From: Salpingoeca rosetta
Lineage: Eukaryota; Protista; Choanoflagellata
Direction: 5' to 3'
Length of the DNA: 64,000 nt
Assembly: GCA_033442325.1 (NCBI GenBank)
Contig: JAWQFM010000025.1
Coordinates: forward strand, 36,635-100,634
Shown piece after piece: positions 57,546 through 64,000 of this stretch. The stretch's first letter is position 1. Each line of letters begins with the position of its first letter. Below the pieces are notes generated by a model. That model was not told where the DNA came from. It was given only the letters and a program-made list of their open reading frames with translations, and did no database searches. Made by a program: the position numbers and the translations under genes.

Positions 57546-58164
57546 GCGCGTGTTTTCACCCTACATGTCTGGGTTGTTATGTCACTTGCTTGCTTTGTCG
57601 TCTCTGTTTTCTCTGGCTTTCACGTTGGTGGTGGCCTGGTCGTCGGCATGAATGAATCCTCCCTCCACTGTGTCAAGGGTCCTTGTGGTTCGGGCAGACG
57701 TTGCGAAGCAGACAACAGACATCACACCAAGCAAGACACGTCAACGAATCCACCACAACACTACCACATCAATGTCACATCATAACCGACACACAGTCAT
57801 GTCACATCAGCATCAACACGGTGCGTTTGAAACATGTGCGGCCAAGCATGTTGTGTGGAAGATTTTCGGCAATTCTCAAGAAGCAAGCTGAGTTGGCTTC
57901 AAGAAGAGCCACTTCCTTCACACTGCTGCACGCAACCGCACTCCTCACTTCTTTCACTTCTTCGAGTCGCTAGCACGCGATCCTGCGATCTCGCGGTGTC
58001 TGTGTTCCCACAGTCTCACCTCCTCCCTGCCTCTGCTGCTGGCTTGCTGAGCCGTCCTGTGCTTGCACGCACGAACCAGAATCGGAAGACAAGAACCAGG
58101 CCTCAACGTCCTACAGCAATCGCACAACGAGACAAGCACAACCCTACAACCGAATCAGCAAACG

Positions 58165-60848
58165 ATGGACGACGACAACAACGAGCAGCACCGCCTGACG
58201 GACGGCGTGTCTGTGGAGGCGTTCAAGACCTTCCTCGCAGACCTGCAGAGCGAGTTCCCCGGCACGTACACTGAGATGACCACGGAGGATGCCTGTAAGC
58301 AACTCGTGGTCCCACGCACCCAGCAGGACAACTGCGCGTACGTCGACCTGTTGCGCAAGCAGTCATCACATGAACATGTGGGCAAGGCCACCGTGTTTGT
58401 GTCGCACGCCTGGCGATACAAGATCGCAGACGTGCTCAACGTCTTGCTGGAGTTTGCGGAAGAGCAAGCAGCGAAGGAAGACGGCCAGCCCGTGTTCTTC
58501 TGGTTTGATCTCTTCATGAACAACCAAAACGCCAACGTCACGGCCAACCTCCCACAAGAGTGGTGCGTTTTGTGTGTGTGTGTGTGTGTCTGTGTGTGTG
58601 CGTGTGTGTATGTGCGCGTGTGTATGCGTGTGTGTGTGCATGTGTGTGTGTGTGTCTTCATGTGTGTGTTGTTGGTACTTTACTCGTTTCTTGCACACTC
58701 CCACATCCGCACACACGCCTTTCTCCTCACAACCCCGTCCACACCACAACACCACCCCCTCCTAACTGCAGGTGGAGCACGACGTTCAAGGAGTCGATTG
58801 CCAACATTGGGCGCGTGCTGCTGGTGCTCATGCCGTGGCGTGACCCTATGCCACTGACGCGCGCGTGGTGTCTGTGGGAGATCTTCTGCGGCATCAGCAG
58901 CGAGGGCACAGAGGTCAACATCCGCCTGCCGAAGAGTGAAGAGAAGGAATTGGAAGAGGCCATCCGCGGCAACTTCGAGGCGGTGACCGACACGCTGGTG
59001 CGCGTGCAGGCCGAGCGGGCCGAGGCCTTCAACCCATACGACAAGGACATGATCTTCAAGGCGATTCAGGATGGCGTTGGCTTTGCGGCACTCAACCAAG
59101 CAGTGAAGGACCAGCTGCGCGCGTGGTGTTTGGAGAAGGCGGTGGCTGCTGTGGAGGCGATGCGTGCGCGTGGAGAAGACGAGACAGAGGCGTTTGCGGA
59201 GCTGTGCGGTCAAGTTGCAAGTGTGCTTGACCAGTTTGGCGAGTATGCAAAGGCAGTTGAGTACTACAAGTTGGCGAAAGAGATTTTCGTGAAGACAGTG
59301 GGCGAGAGACACCCAAAGACCGCGAGTGTGTATGTGAACTTGGGCGTTTCATTCGACAGCATGGGCAACCACGATCAAGCAATAGAGTGGTACGAGAAGG
59401 CGAAGGACAACAGGGTGGAGGTGCTTGGGGAAAAGCATGCCGGCACGGCACAAGTCTTGAACAACCTGGGTAACGTCTACGATAGCAAGGGCGAGTACGA
59501 CAAGGCGATTGAACACTTTGAGGCAGCGAGAGCTACCTTTGCGGAGGCGCAGGGAGAAATGCATCCAGACACAGCAAGCACGTGCAGTAACCTGGGCAAG
59601 GCATACTCCAGCAAGGGCGACTATGACAAGGCAATCGCGTACCATGAGACAGCGAAAGAGATCCAGTTGACACTGAGGGGGGACAAGCACCCAACTACAG
59701 CAGAAAGCTTCAACAATTTGGGGAGTGCCTACCTCGACAAGGGCGAGTACGACAAGGCGATTGATTACTTTCACAGGGCGAGGGCGGTGTACGTGGAGAC
59801 GCTGGGAAGGATGCACCAGAGCACAGCGCACACATGCCACAACCTTGGCGTCGCGTACAGAATCAAGGGTGAGAGTGAGAAGGCGATGGGGTGGTACGAG
59901 GAGGCAAAAGAAATCAAGATGCGCACAGTTGGGGAGACGCACGCGAGCACAGCACAGACCTGGAACGCGTTGGGCGCCATCTACAACAGCAACGGCGAGC
60001 ATGACAAGGCGCTTGCATACCACAAGATGGCAAACCGCATCTACACGGAGGCGCTCGGGGAGAAACACCCGGACACCGCAGACACCTATGGCAGCCTGGG
60101 CAATGTCTACAGCAGCAAGGGCCAGTACGACAAGTCGATTGAGTTGTATGAGAAGGCCAGGGCCATCTACGTTGAAACCTTGGGGCCAGTTCATCCACGC
60201 ACAGCAGAGATTCAAAACAGCCTGGGCATCGCACACAGCAGCAACGGCGAGGTCACCAAGGCGATTGAGGCCTTCGAAAAGGCGAGGGAGATTGGCGTGG
60301 CGACATTGGGAGAGGAGCACCCGAGCACAGCAATGGCGTCCTTCAACATCGGTCTACTGCACGACCAACACGGTGACATGGAGCAGGCGTGCGCGTATAT
60401 GCAGCAGGCACATGGCGTGTTCGCCGCCACGCTCGGGGCAGACCATCCCAACACACGCGCGGCTCAGGACAACCTGCAACGGATGAGACAACACGTTGCT
60501 GACGCCGCACGCGCCGGTCCAGCGGCACCACCACAAGTTGTTCCCGGACACTCCAGCACACCGCCCCTTGCCGGGTGGTTGCAGAAGCGTGGGCGGTGGA
60601 GACGAGCCTGCCGCACGTGCTGGGTTTCCCTGGATGACGAGGACCACTTGGTGTATGGCAAGTCTGCAGAACGGCCGCCGAAGCGTCGCGTGCCGCTGTC
60701 CAGTGTGGTTTCCGTTGAGCTCGCCAGCGCGGGCCAGGAGCTGCGTGTTGCTGTTCCGGGCCGGACGTTTGTGTTCCGCGCACATGCAAGCGCTGGGGCC
60801 ACGCTTGAGGACTGGTGCGCCGCCATTCGTCGTGGCATGTGTGGGTGA
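58165..60848 (+). CDS. HET/TIR-like domain plus ~10 x 42-aa TPR repeats plus C-terminal PH domain
   Basis: Two exons (intron 58563-58771, same position as in the paralogue). [30 protein letters not shown]; TPRs; PH-like LAGWLQKRG...WVSL...RTFVFRA...LEDWCAAIRR. Confidence 0.9.
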
Positions 60849-60941
60849 AGTAGCAGGTGGGGAGGGGGGAGGGGGTGGTAGTGAGTAAAATGTGTGTGTA
60901 TGTATGTGTGTGAAAGAAGCGTGTGTGTGTATGTGTGTGTG

Positions 60942-60983
<42 letters not shown>

Positions 60984-61494
60984 ATGTGTGTGTGTGTGAA
61001 AGTGTGCGTGTGTGTGTGTTTGTGCCTGTGCATGCGTTGGTGTGAATGCTCTATTCCGTTTGGTCCTGCTCATCGATCTCTTCTCAGTACAAAGGTAGAC
61101 ACAAAGGAAGAAGGAAGGAGAGCGCGAGAAGGGAAAGAAAGGGAGCCTGTGAGTGCGCGAGTGAGTGGTGCTTGAGTGAGCGAGCACAGAAGGGTGAGCA
61201 CACCTCCACACCTCCACACACAACACTCGCAGCAGCGCAACAGCAAGAGCGCAGCACTCACCACGCCCTGAATTCAAATTCCGCGGCACAAGTCGCTGCA
61301 GAATTCTTTATTTTCTTGGGCGATGTTGCTTGTCCTCCCCCCAATATCAACAACAACCACAACGCACACAAGGCACACCACACACAAGCAAGGCACTCCT
61401 CTCTGACTGATGGACGCGTAGTTGGAGTGCAGAAGACACAGACAAAGCCCAAACAGCAAGCACACAGCGGCAGGGAGGCACGCACGCACACAAG

Positions 61495-61734
61495 ATGGCT
61501 CGCTCGTGTTGCGCGGTGGGATTGGTGCTGCTGCTGGTTCTGTGCCTGGCGCCAGGTTATGTCGGCGGCATCATTGTTCGCACGACGTTTGATGTGGATC
61601 GGCAAAGTGATCGTGGTTCGTTCAAGATACTCCGTTCCCAACTGTTTGGCTTCCAGCGTGGCGGTTCCCTAAGCCTACATCTCGACTGCGTACGTTTTAT
61701 GTGTGTGTGTGTGCGCTTGTTTGTTTGTTTGTGT

Positions 61735-61803
<69 letters not shown>

Positions 61804-62219
61804 TGTGTGTGTTTTATGCGTTACGTGCACCATAGTGTGTGTGTGTGTGTGGTACATGCGTGACGTGCATCTAGTTGTTGTCTGTGTACACAAAGGTCTC
61901 TGTGTGTTCCCTGATCTTTTTGTTTTGTTGTCCCGCAACAGGATGGGAAGGTAGCGTCGCCGTCCCTCATCGCCGTGACGTACACGGACCTCTCAGATGT
62001 ACGTGTGAAAATGGGATACTTTGTTGTCGTGTTGGTGATTGTGCTGCTGCTGCACGGCTCCTGTTGAACACGCTCCGTTGTTCACACACCTTGCATCGCC
62101 AACCACCATGCGCTAGTGGATTGGCACGGGTCGGCCGTGTTCAAGTCTCCAGGCAACCGAGCAGGTGTTCAACCTCACAAACAACCTCGACCCAGAAAGC
62201 ACCCCAACGCACCCCATGT

Positions 62220-62297
<78 letters not shown>

Positions 62298-63929
62298 GCG
62301 TGTGTGTGCGTGTGTGTGCGTGTGTTAGTGTGTAACTGTATCTGTGTTAGTGTGTTAGTGTGTTAGTGTGTGTGCGTGATGGCGTGAAAGACATCAATCA
62401 ACGCATGTTCATGCGGAAACAACACTGTGTCTCGTCTCGTCTCCATCACACCCCGCGACTGCAACCACATTGCCACCAGCTATGCGTTGGAGGAGCCATA
62501 TGGGGGCGAGGACCGGTCCAAGCTGTACACGTTCATCATCCGCGACTGTGGGCCATACACCGCACAGGAGCGCACGCAGGACGCCACCTGCGAGGTACGT
62601 ACGCGCGTTTGTGTGCATGTGCTGTGTACATGTGTACATTTACATGCCTCTGTGTGTGTACATGTGTATGTGTGTGTGAACATGTGTATGTGTCCATGTG
62701 TATGTGTTCCTGTGTGAACTTGTATGTATGTCATAAGGTGTCAAACACAACAGCTGCCCGACACACGTGTCACCATGCCACCACCCTCACCACTATCGTT
62801 CAACCATGGAAGGTGTATTTGGTTGCCCTCAACCCCGGCGGCGAGCACCTCAGCAGAGATCAGGTCGGACACGCACACACGCGCGCACACACACACACAC
62901 ATGTACAAGATGTTGGCCAATCTTTTGCGTGCGCGTGTGCTGTATGCAGACATTCGAGACTTACGAAGCCTTTGCATCCACATTCGTGCGTGTTCCCATT
63001 TCATCCCACCACTTCTCTCACGCTACCACCACCACCACCACCATCAACACCACCTGCACAGGTTATGCTGCCTGATGTGTATCTTGGGCTGCTCATCTGC
63101 TGGGGGTGCATCCTCTTCTTCTGGGGCGTCAACACCTGCCTGTACTCGCAGGTGCGTGAGTGAGTGCGTATGTGCATGTGCACTTGTATGCGTTCATGGA
63201 GTGCATGTGTTCATGGAGTGCATGTGTGCGTATGTGCGTGAGTGAGTGCGTATGCGCATGTGCACTTGTATGCGTTCATGGAGTGCATGTGTTCATGGAG
63301 TGCATGTGTGCGTATGTGCGTGAGTGAGTGAGTGCGTATGTGCATGTGCACTTGCATGGGCGCTTGCGTCTTTGCTGTTTAGTTAAGGTGCCACCACTTC
63401 ACCCCTCATGTCCCTTCACCCCTCATGTCCCGCCACCAGTACTCGAATGGCCTGCACACGGTGCTGACGATTGCGCCACTGCTCAAGACGGCGACACTCG
63501 CCTTTGAGCTCAACAAGTACACGTTCATCAGCAACCACGGTGAGGCCATTGCGGGCACACGCGCTTGCACGCATGCAGGGGTGTGGTGGTGGTGGTGGTG
63601 TGTTGTGCTCGTAATGTCGATGCATCTGCAGCGGGAAACAGACTGGTGCCACCGATGTGACGCCATGCGTTTGCCCACCGCTCCCACGCTCCACCATCAC
63701 CCAATCACCACTCATCATCATCGTTTGTGGACACTACAACACGACCGTGAACACGACACCACCAATCACCAACCACCAACGACCAAATCACCAACTACCA
63801 ATCGACGCTACCAAGGGTGGACGCCCGCCGATGCGGAGGTGGCGCGCATTCTTCTGCTGCACACGGAGAACGCCGTCTTCTTCATCACCCTCCTCCTCAT
63901 CTCAAACGGGTTGGTGTGTGTATGTGTGT

Positions 63930-64000
<71 letters not shown>
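61495..64000 (+). CDS. GOST/lung-7TM family protein (GPR107/GPR108/TMEM87-like), 5' part, runs off the window
   Basis: Signal peptide, FGFQRGGSLSL luminal domain, NPGGEHLS..MLPDVYLGLLICW, LHTVLTIAPLLK, FITLLLISNG. Confidence 0.75.
63152..63357. repeat. ~82-bp intronic tandem duplication (~2.5 copies)
   Basis: GTGCGTGAGTGAGTGCGTATG...GTTCATGGAGTGCATGTG unit repeated. Confidence 0.8.

Overview
Eukaryotic, intron-rich genomic DNA with GT-AG introns packed with (CA)n/(GT)n microsatellites and four N-gaps. Composition and gene content suggest a choanoflagellate such as Salpingoeca rosetta (inference). Most ORFs in the supplied track are microsatellite artefacts, so genes were rebuilt by hand from splice sites. 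The first ~11.5 kb holds decayed genes (EXT/GT47 glycosyltransferase, GH3 glycosidase, a Cys-rich TNFR/furin-repeat surface protein, a propeller-repeat fragment) around one apparently intact solitary 5S rRNA gene. The rest mixes housekeeping genes (CFAP100-like, epsinR-like, PP2C, ankyrin plus EXD3-like exonuclease, GOST 7TM, FAD monooxygenase, M43 protease) with candidate innate-immune or self/non-self genes. These are: (1) an LRR-ROC-COR-PARP fusion whose LRRs are encoded by eleven 84-nt same-phase exon cassettes with signs of recent shuffling, carrying an 8-nt frameshift upstream of an intact H-Y-E PARP-like domain; (2) a multi-pass membrane TIR-like protein; (3) two HET/TIR-like plus 42-aa TPR proteins, one ending in a PH domain. 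All three types pair a sensor or membrane anchor with a predicted NAD+-consuming domain. Other oddities are a longin R-SNARE with a large Cys-rich luminal domain and GPI-like tail, two secreted 7-blade propeller paralogues, and an unexplained 324-bp insert in a PP2C intron.
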